This document shows positions 12,130-24,568 of a stretch of 64,000 bases of DNA, one piece after another (positions within the stretch are counted from its first letter, which is position 1; every line of letters starts with the position of its first letter). A program made the position numbers and the translations under genes. Source of the stretch: Microbotryum violaceum (taxonomy: Eukaryota); assembly GCA_001244265.2 (NCBI GenBank), contig CDLV01000013.1:1-64000 (forward strand), given 5' to 3'. Under the pieces are notes generated by a model. That model was not told the DNA's origin, made no database searches, and was given only the letters and a program-made list of their open reading frames with translations.

Positions 12130-14457
12130 ATGGGAAACGCCAACTCGTCAGAACAGCAGCAGCAGCAACGTGTTTCGCAGACGGGCAGCGCCCCGTCGAC
12201 TTCAACGGGGGGTGAACGGAGGAAGCACGCCCAATCCAGCAACAACAGTAGTGCCGCACCTTCGCCTCGTCTTCGCACCCACACCTTACCCCCGACGACC
12301 TCGGTAGCAACCACAACAGCCCATGCCGAGCCATCGTCATCCGCGAATGCTGTCGCGCATTCATCTTCGGCCGCAGCAGCAGCAGCAGCAGCTTCGGTGG
12401 CTTCGTCCTCGAATGCGATGATCGATGACGACTCGAGCACGACAAGGTCCGGTCGGACATCCGAACCGGGTCGCCGCAAGAAGAGCCTCGAGCTGTCCGA
12501 CGTCGATCCGTCGCTGACCTTCTCGTCGCGAGCACCCTCGCTTGCACGAGTCGTCCGACGCAAGACGAACGATCGCATCCATGGCGACATCATCATCGCT
12601 CCCGAGGACGTCGACGATCCCGAGCCACTGGGGTCAGGAACATTGCGAGGTGCGATGCAGGGCAGAGCAGAACATGTCGTCTACGGTCCTCGAAGGTCGG
12701 CACCACCAGAAACACCGATGACATTGACACCGACGACCGAGCTCACCTCTAGACCGCAGGCGATCGATCTCCCGACACCGGACATCACTGCGACCCTCGT
12801 GGACCCCGATGACACCGTGCATCCCGGATTCGCGGCCTCGCCTCGTCTCACCGCGGCCGTCATCCTCTCGCAGGACCAGATGCCCGTCCTCGTCTCTCCC
12901 ATCAGCGAAGTCGCCCCTGCCGACTCTCCACTGTACGGCGCCGGCAACACGCCCTCGTCGCAGACCAGTGCCGCCAAATCCCCCATCGTTCCGCGCTCAC
13001 TTTCCTCCGTCCTCTCTTCTGTGTCGGCCCCGTCGACGGATGGTTTGGACGCCGTAGAACGACTACCGACATCGAACCTCAGTGCCACCTCGGCTCTTAC
13101 ACCGATCCCGGCTTCGCAACTGCAGACCCCCCACACCGCCCCACCGATGCACACCAGCATAGCCCCGACCGACACCGTTCAGGCACCACCCATTCCTTCG
13201 AATCACCTGCCCATTTCTGAAGCCGACATTCCCTCGGGGACGAGCCTCATCGCGTCCCCCGTCGTCACACCCGTTCCCGAAGGCACACCAACGGGGGCGA
13301 TCGCCTCACCCGCCGTTCTGCTTCCCCCTCGACTCCTCAATGCACCCGTCGCCGCGATCCCGATCCCACTGCTCAGTGTGCCCTCGGCAACGATCGCCGC
13401 GAGCCTTCTCGCCGCAGCTGTCGATCTTGGAGCGGGAGCCGAAGGAGTTCCGACCTTGATCAAATGGAAGGACGAAGATGGTCAGGTGCCCGCTTCGTCG
13501 GACGGGAAACGACCTGCGCAGGGTCCGTCGGAGGTTTACGTCACAGGCACGTTCGCGAAGGGGTGGCAGACCAAGATTGAGCTACGCAAGGCCAAGTGAG
13601 TACCGGACGCCGATCAGGAGATGTGAGATAGCGTCTTACTGATTCTCGCTTGCCTCTGGGTCCAACTCATCAGTGCTGCGGATTTTTCCGCGCTCATCTC
13701 GCTTCCTCCCGGACCTCACCGACTCAAGTTCATCGTCGACAAGGAGTGGAAGGCGTCCAAGAACCTACCCGTCGCCACCGACGCCGACGGGAACTTGATC
13801 AACTACCTCCACGTCAACGCCGCCGATTCAAAACTCGCGACAGAGCTGTGGAAAGTTTCGGGGACCGGATCGACCGCACCAACGACTCGAACGCAGCCTT
13901 CGGTATCGGCACCGAACTCGACGTCACTCTGGCCCACGTTCGGCGACGAAGACGATGCCGAAGCCCCCGGAGCGGACGGCCTCGACGACTCGGAATGGAC
14001 CTCCGAAATACCATATGAACTCGTCGAATACGGGGAATGGGAAGCCGAACGCGACGCGATCGAGAACTCGTCCGCCTTCTTAAATCCTCCCCCCAACTCC
14101 CCACCCATCGTCCTCCCTCCACCTCCCGCTGTATCTGGAGTTCCTCCCCCAAGTCTTCCTGCGCAATTGGAGAAGGGTCCATTGAACCATGCGGCGTACG
14201 TGACACAGGGGAGTGGCGACGATAATTCCATCTTGCCGAAACCGGATCATTCGGTTATCAATCACTTGGCTGCGAGTCCGATCAAAGGCGGTTTCCTGAG
14301 TGTCGGTGTGACGACAAGGTATAAACGCAAGGTACGTTTACTTTCAATCTCCCTCGTATCTCTACCGAAATGGGCTTAGCTGACGCTCCGCTTGCTTTCT
14401 TGACACTGACAGTTCGTCACAATCGTCTATTATAAAGCCCTCGCCGCACGCCCATGA
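12130..14457 (+). CDS. AMPK/SNF1 complex beta subunit (Sip1/Sip2/Gal83 family)
   Basis: MGNANSS myristoylation-type start; CBM (VYVTGTF..W, HRLKFIVDKEW); ASC domain (PPSLPAQL, LPKPDHSVINHL, TTRYKRK|FVTIVYYK). Introns at ~13597-13673 and ~14332-14412. Confidence 0.93.
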
Positions 14458-15130
14458 AGCTTCTCCTGCCTCCCTGTTCTTCCCACTTTGTTTCCTATTG
14501 TTGATCTGCGCCCTCTCCTACGTATATATATAGAACTCTCACATTAGACCACCCCTGTACCTTTATCTTTGTTTCGCCGTCTCTTCTTCTTGGACCTTTT
14601 GGTAGCGTAGAGCTTTTTTTTTTTTTCCGTCATCTTTTATAGTGCTGTGCTGCGTTGATGAAGAGATGAATGTCATTTATTGTAGCTTTGGAAGATAATT
14701 GAATTTGGAGTGTAATTGGAGAGGAAGAAGTGGTCCTTCGTTCGGAAACATCGCCGTCTTCTTCCATATCCAAGAAATAGCCAGAAAAAGGGGGTGCCAA
14801 ATCACGGCTCTCCACCGCTCCTCCCGCCTCGGCCACCTCGCCTTCGGCATCGATCCTACGCCTCGCCTTTGGCCAGTGACCATAGTCGGAAGCGAAGCAG
14901 TCGGCAACCGGCCATTCTCGCCGGCGTGCCACCGCCGACACGCGCAGTTCCTCTCTCGCTATCTCCCTCCACACGACCCTGCACAGCCTGCACAGCCCCG
15001 CTCGTCGTTCAAGCATGATGAACAAACAACGTGCTCGGTCTCCGCCCAGCCCTCCACTCAACAAACCCCTAGCTAGCAAGCGCCAGACTCGAAGTGCTAC
15101 GCGCGCGTCGCTGAAGTTGGAGCACTGCGA

Positions 15131-15540
15131 CGTAAAGTCCCTTTTCTTTTTTTTTTATATAGTTTTTGTTTCGCCCTTTTTTCTGTTTTTATTTTTATTT
15201 TTTTAGTCTCACCCATTCTTATATAAAAGATTAAAAAATAAAGGAAAAAGTTGTTAAAAGCTAGCAATGAAAGAAAGAAAGTACGCCCCATGTCGGGAGT
15301 AAAATGATATGGAATGGTTAACTTTTCTGGTCAGATTAGTTTAGTAGTAAAATGACTGTCTTGTAAACAGTTGTTCCTACTTTACCAATCTATCCCTAAT
15401 TTGTTCACTTGTATTGAATCAGAACATTCCAATACCGAGTATAGATAGGTACATAGATTCGCTTAAAAAAATCAAAGATGAAAAGCAGCTTTTTTTTTCT
15501 ATTTTACTCATTTATTCCAGTTATTTTTAGTATTTTTAAC
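15131..15540. other. AT-rich insertion, probable NUMT (mitochondrial DNA)
   Basis: Abrupt AT-rich block absent from the paralog at ~31382-31392; contains a partial tRNA. Confidence 0.65.
15330..15378 (+). tRNA. Truncated tRNA-Thr(UGU), organellar-like; T-arm and 3' acceptor strand missing (pseudo-tRNA)
   Basis: gtcagat-ta-gttt-agtagt-aaaat-g-ACTGT-cttgtaa-ACAGT: perfect 5-bp anticodon stem, 7-nt loop, anticodon TGT at 15362-15364; no TTC T-loop follows. Confidence 0.65.
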
Positions 15541-18500
15541 CATCCCCGCTGGTGTACTTGCCCCTGAGCGTCACTGCATATCCGCTCAACGCATTCCCAT
15601 TCAACGAACATACGCCGGTCAAGCATAAATCGCTTGTATGTAATTGTTCTGCTGCCAGACCCGGCGGTGTGAGTTGCTGACCTGCTGATGGATGGCTCCG
15701 GCCGCTCCACGCGTCGCTTCTGACCCGCCACAGGCCACCTTGCCTGTGAAGCCAACGTCAAGGACCCCTCCTTCACCCGCGCCGTCGGACTCGTTTCCGG
15801 ATTCATCGGACCTGAGCTCGCAGCGCTCTCATCCTCTCTCGTCGCCAAGTGGGGCGATGCCATCTCGTACTTGGGCTAATGTGACACGGTCGAGAAGCTT
15901 ACGTTGCCCGAGCTCGACAAGGATGTCGACCGCTTCTTCATCGAAGACGAGATTGTTCCGCGAGTCGTGATCTGTAGTGCGTCTGACTTGGTGCGCTCGG
16001 CACTTGGGTTCGACGCAACACAATTCAAACGCCAAGCGCAGGAAGCTCTTGCGCGCCCCGGACGATCAGAAGGACAAGTCCTGTTCGACAAGGATTGCCG
16101 ACGCTCGCCGGATCAACGGGTGGCAGATTGGGTCGTACCACTCGCTGACTTTGTGAGTGCCATATGCTAAATGACGACTTTGTCGAAGGCCATATGTCAT
16201 GACTTTGATCACATCCCTCGCTTTGCAACTCGGATCGTAGGCACAGGCATCCTGTGGATCCCATCGGCAGAACAAGTTGAAGCTCGCACACGCCGAACGG
16301 CAGGCTCGGTTAACCTTCGGAGACGCAACCCGCGGCCACGACCATGTTGAACGACATCACTTCTTGACGTGCTGCGACGAGCTCGGATCGGGGAACGGTG
16401 GAACTGGGACGCATAGCATGCTCGTCCCATTGGCTTTCGGTACGGCTCCGCCAACCGAGTTTTCGTTCCTTACCGTTCCCCCTCTCATCAATGTCGTACT
16501 CGACCTCGCACAAGATGCGCTCACGCAGACGGCCCGCATGTATGCGCCAGGATTGGCCATCCTCGACAACGAAGCGCATCTCGTTGTGTTAGATCATGAG
16601 GGGTGCCGTATTGCGATCATTCCCGATTGCTGGGGCGAGGGCTTTGGCGAGCTTGCTTTGGTGCTCTCCGTCCTGCTTGGACTGGAGGTCTACTCAGCCG
16701 GACTGTCCCCTCTGTTTCGCTACGCGCTTCACCCCAAGACCGGCATCGCTCCTGTCGCTTTCCGTACACTATACCTTCGACCAGCCGAGCTCGAAGCAGA
16801 TGCTCCCCTGGTCGGTCGCACCGTCGAGTTCGTCGCCGAGGAGCCCATCGAGCTCGTCGACTGTCGAGTCGCAGGGGACAGCTCCATCTTTGGACGTTGC
16901 ACGATCATCTTCGAGCTGACGCGTCCCAGCTTGGTGCAAGGGTTCTCGTCGACGTCAGATCTGACGCCGTCGTTCGTGCTCAAGGTCCAGCACATAAACC
17001 AGAAGTCTAAAGGTGGCGAAGCCGAAGTCCTGGACAAGATCGCTCAGTGTTGCACTTCCCACGCCCCCTCGGCTTCGTCGCTGCTCATCGAAAGACATGT
17101 CTCGCTCTCCGAGAAGGCCAATTCACTCGGTCTTCATCGATGGCAAATGGACGACAGCGCCTTGCCCGTGCTCATGGACCCGGAATATCCCGAACGACAA
17201 CTGCGAGAGTCATCTCGACGCACACTCGACCTGCTCGTCGTACGCAATCCTACGCCGCTACCGATTCGTGTCGACGCTGGCCGCGGTTCTCAGCACAAAC
17301 TCTCCCAGGCCTGCGAGGTCTTTGACCAGCTCCTCACGCTTCTGCCCGCGCTCTGGAATCTCGGCATCCACCATCGTGATTTGTTGCTCGGCAACATCCT
17401 TCACTACGAAGGCCATCTTGTTCTGGTCGACTGGGACACAGGCATCGTTGCGCAACCGGGTACACGCGTCCCTATCGCTGCGGACGTCGCGGGCTCGTTC
17501 AGGATTACCGACGCCACCGCTTCTTACGAAGCCTTAGGGTACCCAAGGGGTTTGGTGAACGGTTGCTACGAGGTTCCCACGCATGACCTTCGCCACGTCT
17601 TCGAGTCCTCCGTCTATTGGTTCCTCCACGTTCTGGACTGGTACATCTATGAATCGGTCTCGGCCGAGTTGTGGGAGACACTACAACTCCGCGCACTGGC
17701 GAACGAACCGACCGTTTCCCCCGCTCTCATACGCATGGACCTCTGGGAGGGGGCGGCGAATTTTCCCAAATTACGCCAAGCGTTCCTCGAGGATCTGGCA
17801 ACTGTGGATACTGAGGTCCACGATTTGGTCGACGTCATGACGTGTGTTCGTCCGGGCAGCCACCCCACGATCTTCACCAGTGACAGCTGTGTCAAGCAGA
17901 AGATGGTGGAGGTGCAGGCCGAGCTGCGACGAATGCTGGAGCGGGCGCAGCAACCTGATTATGGTGGTATTCTGGGTCGTTACCACAGATTACTGAAACT
18001 GCAGTAGCGTATAGATATCTCATTTCCCCTAATTGAATACCTGTTTTATCGGCACAAGCTGCGCATCCCGTGTGTTTCATGCTGCGATCTTTGCCTTTTC
18101 CAATTTCTAGACTTGAAGCGATGATTAACGCACCGCGGGGCGGCGACGAGTCGCTGAACCTCTGGCTCAGTACCAATCAACCAACGGAAAAGCTTCAAAA
18201 ACCAAAGTGCATTTCTTCGCGAATCCCTTTATTTGTTACGATATACCCTCGCCGTTGAAAAGTTGAGCCTCAGCAGTGCCTGCCGTATCAATGTTTTGTT
18301 TTTGTGGAGAAACTCCGAATCGCTACTTCATAGCGGATATACCACCCAGCATGCACAATGATGACTACCAACCGTCGAATTAATGGGTTGTAGCTAGTAG
18401 AAAAGACCAATTCGTCACAGTCACCGGCGAGTTAATTCTAGTACATAGCTTTTTTGGGAATCGGGAGCCGATCCACGGTCATAGCCTCCGAGTCGTCGAA

Positions 18501-18785
18501 AGCGTCGAGCCAAGTCAATCAAATCCTCCGAATTATGTTTCATTTGGGCGATCAGCTCGACCAACACTTAGTAGCGTATCTAATATCATGATATACACCT
18601 TAGGGATAGTTGGTAAAAGTGTTTAGGCTTGGGGGCGAATGTCCCCACGACACGACGACACGGCCCCGCGAAGAAATCGGTGGGGCAGCGAAAGCAAGAG
18701 GAGGCAAAACCGAGGTGGAAAGCAAAAAATTGGAAACCATCGGCGAGATCAGTCGCAGAGAGGCTCGAGCCACTTGACTGCCACT

Positions 18786-19484
18786 TGTTAGGCTCAGGTG
18801 GTCACTCGCAGGTCGCCAGGGACTGAAGAGCTAGATGAGCTAAAAAGGAAAGGCAAGGCAAGGAACGAAAGGGTGGAGTTGAAGAGTAGAAAGCAGGCAG
18901 CCAGACCGTAGCTTACCTTTTCGACTTCTCATGGCATCTCTGGAGATTGTGAGTATTTGGCGCTGATCACAACAACTACAAAAAGCTCTCTTTTCTGTGA
19001 GCTGATTAATCAAGTGTTACACAAGTCCAGCATACGAGAGCATTTGTTTCCTTTGGCTATGGTAAGGAGCCCATTACTCAGCGGCGGCGTAAGTAAAGGC
19101 GGGTTCCTCGGTAGTAGTCTCGATGTTACTTAACGAATAGACAGTCCCAAATCCAGTCGATTGTCAAGTTTGAGTCAAGAGTGGGGGTCCAGTGAAGGAT
19201 GAGAAAAGAGGAAAAGAGAAGAGCCAGAAGAGAGCTACGGATCGCTATTTAAGGAGATCAGGGGAAATGAACAAAGAAAGAAAAAAAAGAAAAAGAGATG
19301 TAGACAATGTGGCTCTTTGTGATGACCTCGGACAATAATTACAGATGAGATAAATAGCAAAGGATGACAAGGGGTGCATAATGGTTGTCAGTCAAAGGCA
19401 GGGAAATGAAAGGGAGGTCACGCAAGTCGGTCCGTCGGTCCGAGGTTTGAGCTTGGACCTACCGAGTGGCTGCCGAACCTTACA
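18786..19484. repeat. Solo-LTR-like dispersed repeat
   Basis: TGTTAGG...CCTTACA termini (6/7 inverted). Its left ~400 bp match 59517-59907. No matching TSD seen. Confidence 0.6.
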
Positions 19485-20639
19485 GCTAGCTATTCCGGGG
19501 TGCAGTCTGTGGATGAGTTAAAGAAAGGCAGCAGCGTGTGATGTCCCGCAAATCGTTTCAGCTCGACCCACAGGACTCTCTCGACAAGCCGTTTGATCGA
19601 CAGGCAAAGAAATGGGGAGGGCGGACTGCTCTTGGCTTCTTGAAGGAACACCGCCGCCCTTGTGGTGCCTTTTGCACTTCGCGCAGGTGTGTCTGTCCAT
19701 CGCAGCCCTTATCCCACTGCGGTTGCATACTGCAATAGAAGGGCCGACGTCAGCTCCCTTCCCTGCATCAGCTGTGGCCATCCTATAACCTTAAGAACCC
19801 AAAAGGGCACTGAAATAGACATACCTGGTATCGTCATCGCAGCGCTCTGACGACGACGGCGACACGGCGACACGGCGCACGTCGCTCGTAGAATGCATGT
19901 CTTTTTGTGTTCCGACCCGACGGGTAATTTACCATACACACAGGCCTAGGTGTCATCTTTCGCACCCACTGGGCCGCAGCGCAGCTCGCAGGTGACCAGG
20001 TGACGCGGTGACGTCAGAGTCGTGGAAATCACGATTGCGCGCCCGCATCCCAGCGTCGTTCGTCGGGTCGTCTGCAAGCGTACACATCCGCTCGTCGCAG
20101 TCTCCTTACATATTGCAATGGTCTTGCTTCTCGCTTTACAACGGGTGCTTACTTTACCACATCCACTCGGTGTTCAGGTCCGACTTCGCGTGGCCCCTAC
20201 TGAATAGTCATCGGCGCGCTACTGGTCGTATTCTGACGTCATGGGCTCGAGTATGCTAGTTCCAGCACCTCGGGCAGACATAAAAAATACGCCCAAACAG
20301 GCGCGCGCGCAGCGCCCCCTCACGTGCCTTCCAAGTCACTGCCCCAGCGGGGTGTACCCTTGCTACCCGAGGGCGATGACTTGGCCCAGATTACACCCAA
20401 CTCTCTGCTTCGAGTCGATTCTGTGTACACACAACATTCTCACAGCTGCTAGATTGATTAGGAAAGTGGGTAGTAGATGCATTCCTTCCTTCACATTTTT
20501 CACGCATCTTTCGGATGTTGTCAATGTCACGTGTCCGAAGCGGTCGCGCGGGATTTCGGTCCCGAGATCGAAGGGTCCGAGCACACGCGGTGGCGGCAGT
20601 CGGCAGTCGGCCACGCGCGCCGAGGCCTAGCGCAACACG

Positions 20640-23600
20640 GTGTTCAACGTTCGGCTGCCCAAGTCCAGACCGTCGGACCACCCCGACCACCCCGACTTCG
20701 ACCTGCAGGATGCCTTTCTGCCCATCAACTACTCAACCCCCTATAGAACCTTCGTCGACAAAGGTGGTCGTAAAAGGAAAAAGAAAGAGCCACCCATTGC
20801 GAGCTCGTCAACAGCACCCACGCCCACGTCCAACTCCACGTCGTCCACATTGCCCCCCCCCCCCCCCCCCCCACAACACGAACCCATCCCAGGCGCTTCG
20901 GCCTCACATTACACTCGTGGAAGCGACATCACTCAACAAGATCTGGACGAATTTGGGCAGGAAGGAGTGTGGGTGGATGACGAGGACTTAGGTGGGATGG
21001 ACCTTGCGTCGGAAAACGCGCTGGAATCGACTGTTTACACACGTGTCGACGACTCCGACTCATCCCCACGCCCCACGCCCCACCCACCGACAACTCTACG
21101 CCACTCCGCCCAACACTGCCAGACGAGAAGGCTATCTCAAGTACATCACGCTTGACGCTAAGCTTCGGAAATCGCTCCGTGCCAAGCTGTTTGGGCGCTT
21201 CCTCGAGTTTCGCCGCGACAGCAAGCTCCATCTACGACCGCTCGTATCGGAAGACGATCTCGATGACCACGATGCTCCGCCGCCATGTGCGTGCAACTGC
21301 GTACTCACTCGCGAGATCATCTTGTACGATGTGACGGCATGTACGTGACAAGGCAGCTCAGCTTCACTGTCCCCGAGTGTCAGTCACGAACCGAGCAGCA
21401 CTGATGCGTGTCTCCCTCTTTACCTGTGCCTCCAGTCTACAAATTGCAGGTCACCTTCTGTGCCTCCGAGTCGCGGTGTGCTACGGACGTCGAACGCTTG
21501 GCCCAACTAGGGTTTATCTCTTCGACGGCTTCAATGCCGATGACCGCCTTCTCATTTGGACTGGTCGAGCAGGCCCACGCGAGCTGGAAGGTCAGCCCCC
21601 GCGCTCTCACCGGCTATGCGGACGGCCTCAAAGAGTATTACTCCCGTTGTGGGTGGGGTCGAGGTCACTACACGGGACATCCTTGGGTGAATTTAGACGG
21701 CGCCATCGTTTCAGGGACACATGCTTAAAGCCTGCCTTCCGCGCATGCAGGACAAAGACCTTCGGAAGCAACTGCAAAGGGCGATCGACGAGTACCGCGC
21801 TCTCGAAACATGCGAGAAGGACAGCGGCGACCTTCTCGTAGGCACCGTCGATTCGTATTCCAACAAGTGTCCCGCGTGCTTCGGGCCAACGCGGCTTAAT
21901 CAACCTTGTCACGACGTCACATTGGATTGCGTGCTTGCATACGACGGCAACTTTCAGCAAACGCGTGAGAAAAACTCGAAGCATGACGTCCAAGGAATCG
22001 TTCCGGACATTTTCTTGGCTGAGGAAGAGGTTCAGGCGATGAAGGCCGAGGTTGAGGCTTCGGTGCGGCCGACCAAAAAAGTGAGTAATGCCGCTCTTTG
22101 CATTTGCCTTAATGGGATCGCTTACCTCTACACCGACCCACCGTCATAGGCGTGCACAGAGTCGTGGAAGGCTGCCGACGACGGAGCTGGCTCAACCTCG
22201 TCACGAGTAGTCGACACCGGACTCGTTGCCTGCGTATGCCGTCGTGACGTGAACCTGAAAATGGTCAATCTTGAGAGGTCTGGTGAAAAGTAAGCGCGGA
22301 GCTGTCTGGCGGGACTTAGTCGCTTCCGCTTTCCTCTCGAATCCCAGTACTAATGCGCAGATTCCCCTCCGATCACTCAGATTGTACTATGCGCTTGCCA
22401 TCCTCAAGCACATTTCAGAGCGCCTTCCTGAACACGCCAAGATCGGAGTCTTATACGACATTGCTTGTAACTTCAAGCACCACATTGAAAAGGTTCGCAT
22501 CGATTACGACGGGTCCCTTCCTCCTCAATTTCGTTGGCACTGACCAAATGCGCCTACTTTATCATTTGTCACCAGAGGCAGCTCCTGCCAAAGCTTTTCA
22601 AGCGACTGGAGTTCGCCACGAGCGTCTTCCACGCATACGCCCATATCTGGTCCTGCCAAGTCGAGTTCAACCCGCGCCTCATTCCGAACTTGGGGCTGAC
22701 TGATGGAGAGGGCTGTGAGCGATTGTGGAGCGGGCTACGGTCGCTCATTCCCATCAACCGCCCCTCGAACAAGTCCCATCGCTTCGTCAACCTGGCGGTC
22801 CGTATCCAAGCACTGAATGACGCGACCGTCAACAAGCTGGGTAAGCCGCACCTGGATCGCAATTATCTCAATCACAATGCTGACACTCGATATGTTTTAT
22901 TTAGGGGCCTGGTTCTATCGTCGCTACCATGAGGCAAACGACAAGGGTGTCGCTGCTGAGGAAGAGCTTAATAGCATCATTGCCTACGATTCGAGGTTGA
23001 CCGAAGATGCGCTCCGCCGCAAGTGGGAAGAACAGTGACTGGCGCAAGTGCCAAAGACAGCTGCGCAGCAATCGGAGGCGGATCGCCTGAGGGAGAGCGA
23101 CCTCTATGGACTTGTGGAGAGCCTCTACAAGATTGAGTCGCGAATGTACGTAGATCATCTGGCCAGGCCGTCGCTCACTGTCTATGATCCTGACTTGCTG
23201 GACTTTTGCAAAGGGATACCGAAGAGCCCGATTCAGACGTCTTGGAATCGCTAAGCGCCAAACGCCGCAGCCTCGGGATGGACATCGATCGAGCGGCAAT
23301 GGCACAGGCTCGTTATGTCACGGGCCTCTCGTCCAGAGGTCAGTTAATGTGTGTTGCTCACATGATTGCTGTAGCTTGCACTGATAGCTTAGGTGCTGTG
23401 CAGAACTTCGACATCTGTGCCAGTGCTCTGTGGCGTTGCGCAAATTTCATCTCGAGGTGATTGCCTGCAAAACCAGTCGGGAGAAGCTACTTTCGACGGG
23501 TCGTGGCAAGGGAGGTGCAAAGCTAGGTCAACGAGCGGCCAGCAAAGCTTGTGTGCTACAGACGGCAAGATTCATTCTGGCGCGGAAAAGGCTCGCAAGA

Positions 23601-24568
23601 CGTACAACAAGGCCGTTGAGGCCTTCCGTCTCGCGATGGGATCAACACCTTCGAGCCTACTCAACAATCTCCGGATTTCCGACAACTTGAAATCTGCGAT
23701 CGACCTCGATGAGACGGACCCGTTCTGGCAGGACGGCTTTTTCACGCATGTTGAAGCTGCTTGGGCTGTCAATCCTTGGGTCAAGCGAGGAGTAACAGCT
23801 GTACGCGCCAAGGATCGAGTCGGTGAGGAGAAAGCGCGGATCGGCGCCGAGGTGCGGCAAGCTTTGGCTTGGCTCGAAGATGAAAAGACTCGTCTCACTA
23901 GTTGCCAGACACTTTGGACTAACGTGCCGGGTAAGTTTTCGACACGGCGTGCTCCATATCACCTCTTAGATCGCCCTAACATCTTTCAAACCATCTCAAC
24001 AGATACCCTTTCTGAATGCATCGACCCAGCTGATGCCAAGTCCATATTCGGCACTGAAGATGTTGAAGAGATCCGAGGCCGCGCGCTCATCATACTAGAT
24101 CGCCGGATGGAGCTTCTGCAGCTGCGCGAATGTTCTTGGTCCCAGAACGACTATTTCTTCGATGTTTGGCTCGAGACTCGCGGGCAGTCAGAGGGCCATT
24201 CCGAGCCCATGCCTCCTGCACTGTCAGAACTTCGTGGTTTACATCAACGATTGAACGCAACGGGGAGAGCTGTCAAGAAGGTAAAACATCACGAGCGACC
24301 TGCACATAATCGATCCGGAACACGCGGTACTATGGAGAGATCTGGCCTCGACGACTCGGCGGGGCCTCCACCGCTGGCCCGTGACGTTCAGCAAGTGCGG
24401 GCCATTGAGGCACAGATGGATATGAGCGACGGGGCTGAACTCGCAAAGGAGGTGGGACCTCTCTCCGCACAACTCCTCGAGCAGGACGGTGAGATGGGCA
24501 GCTCTTCAGATGAAAGCTACGGCGATGACTTCGCTGGTCAGAAAGACGAACACTTCTCGGACGTTTAG
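20640..24568 (+). pseudogene. KDZ transposase with N-terminal CxC1-like cysteine cluster (Kyakuja-like), multi-exon, with lesions
   Basis: CACNC..VTFC..LAQLGF..MPMTAFS; CPACFG; DGNFQQ; CTESWKAA; DTGLVACVCRRD; SGEK; VLYDIAC; FHAYAH..CQ; GLTDGEGCERLWS. In-frame TGA at 23036-23038 and a frameshift near 21070-21120. Confidence 0.92.

Larger units (their letters stand above)
15015..18007 (+). pseudogene. FunK1-type (fungal-type) protein kinase, copy 1, disrupted
   Basis: SIFGRCT, VLKVQH, HHRDLLLGNIL, LVDWD, HDLRHVFES motifs. Relative to copy 2: ~410-bp AT-rich insertion in exon 1, a 1-nt frameshift near 15880, and S>L in the HRDxS loop. Confidence 0.8.

Noticed and set aside
15131..15530. AT-rich insertion as a newly gained intron
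   Set aside because: GT at the junction with AG at 15520 or 15530 gives a wrong frame or an immediate stop.
14602..18011. gtagcgta at 14602 and 18004 as a TSD around kinase copy 1
   Set aside because: Homology with copy 2 continues past 18011 and there are no TIRs; probably chance.
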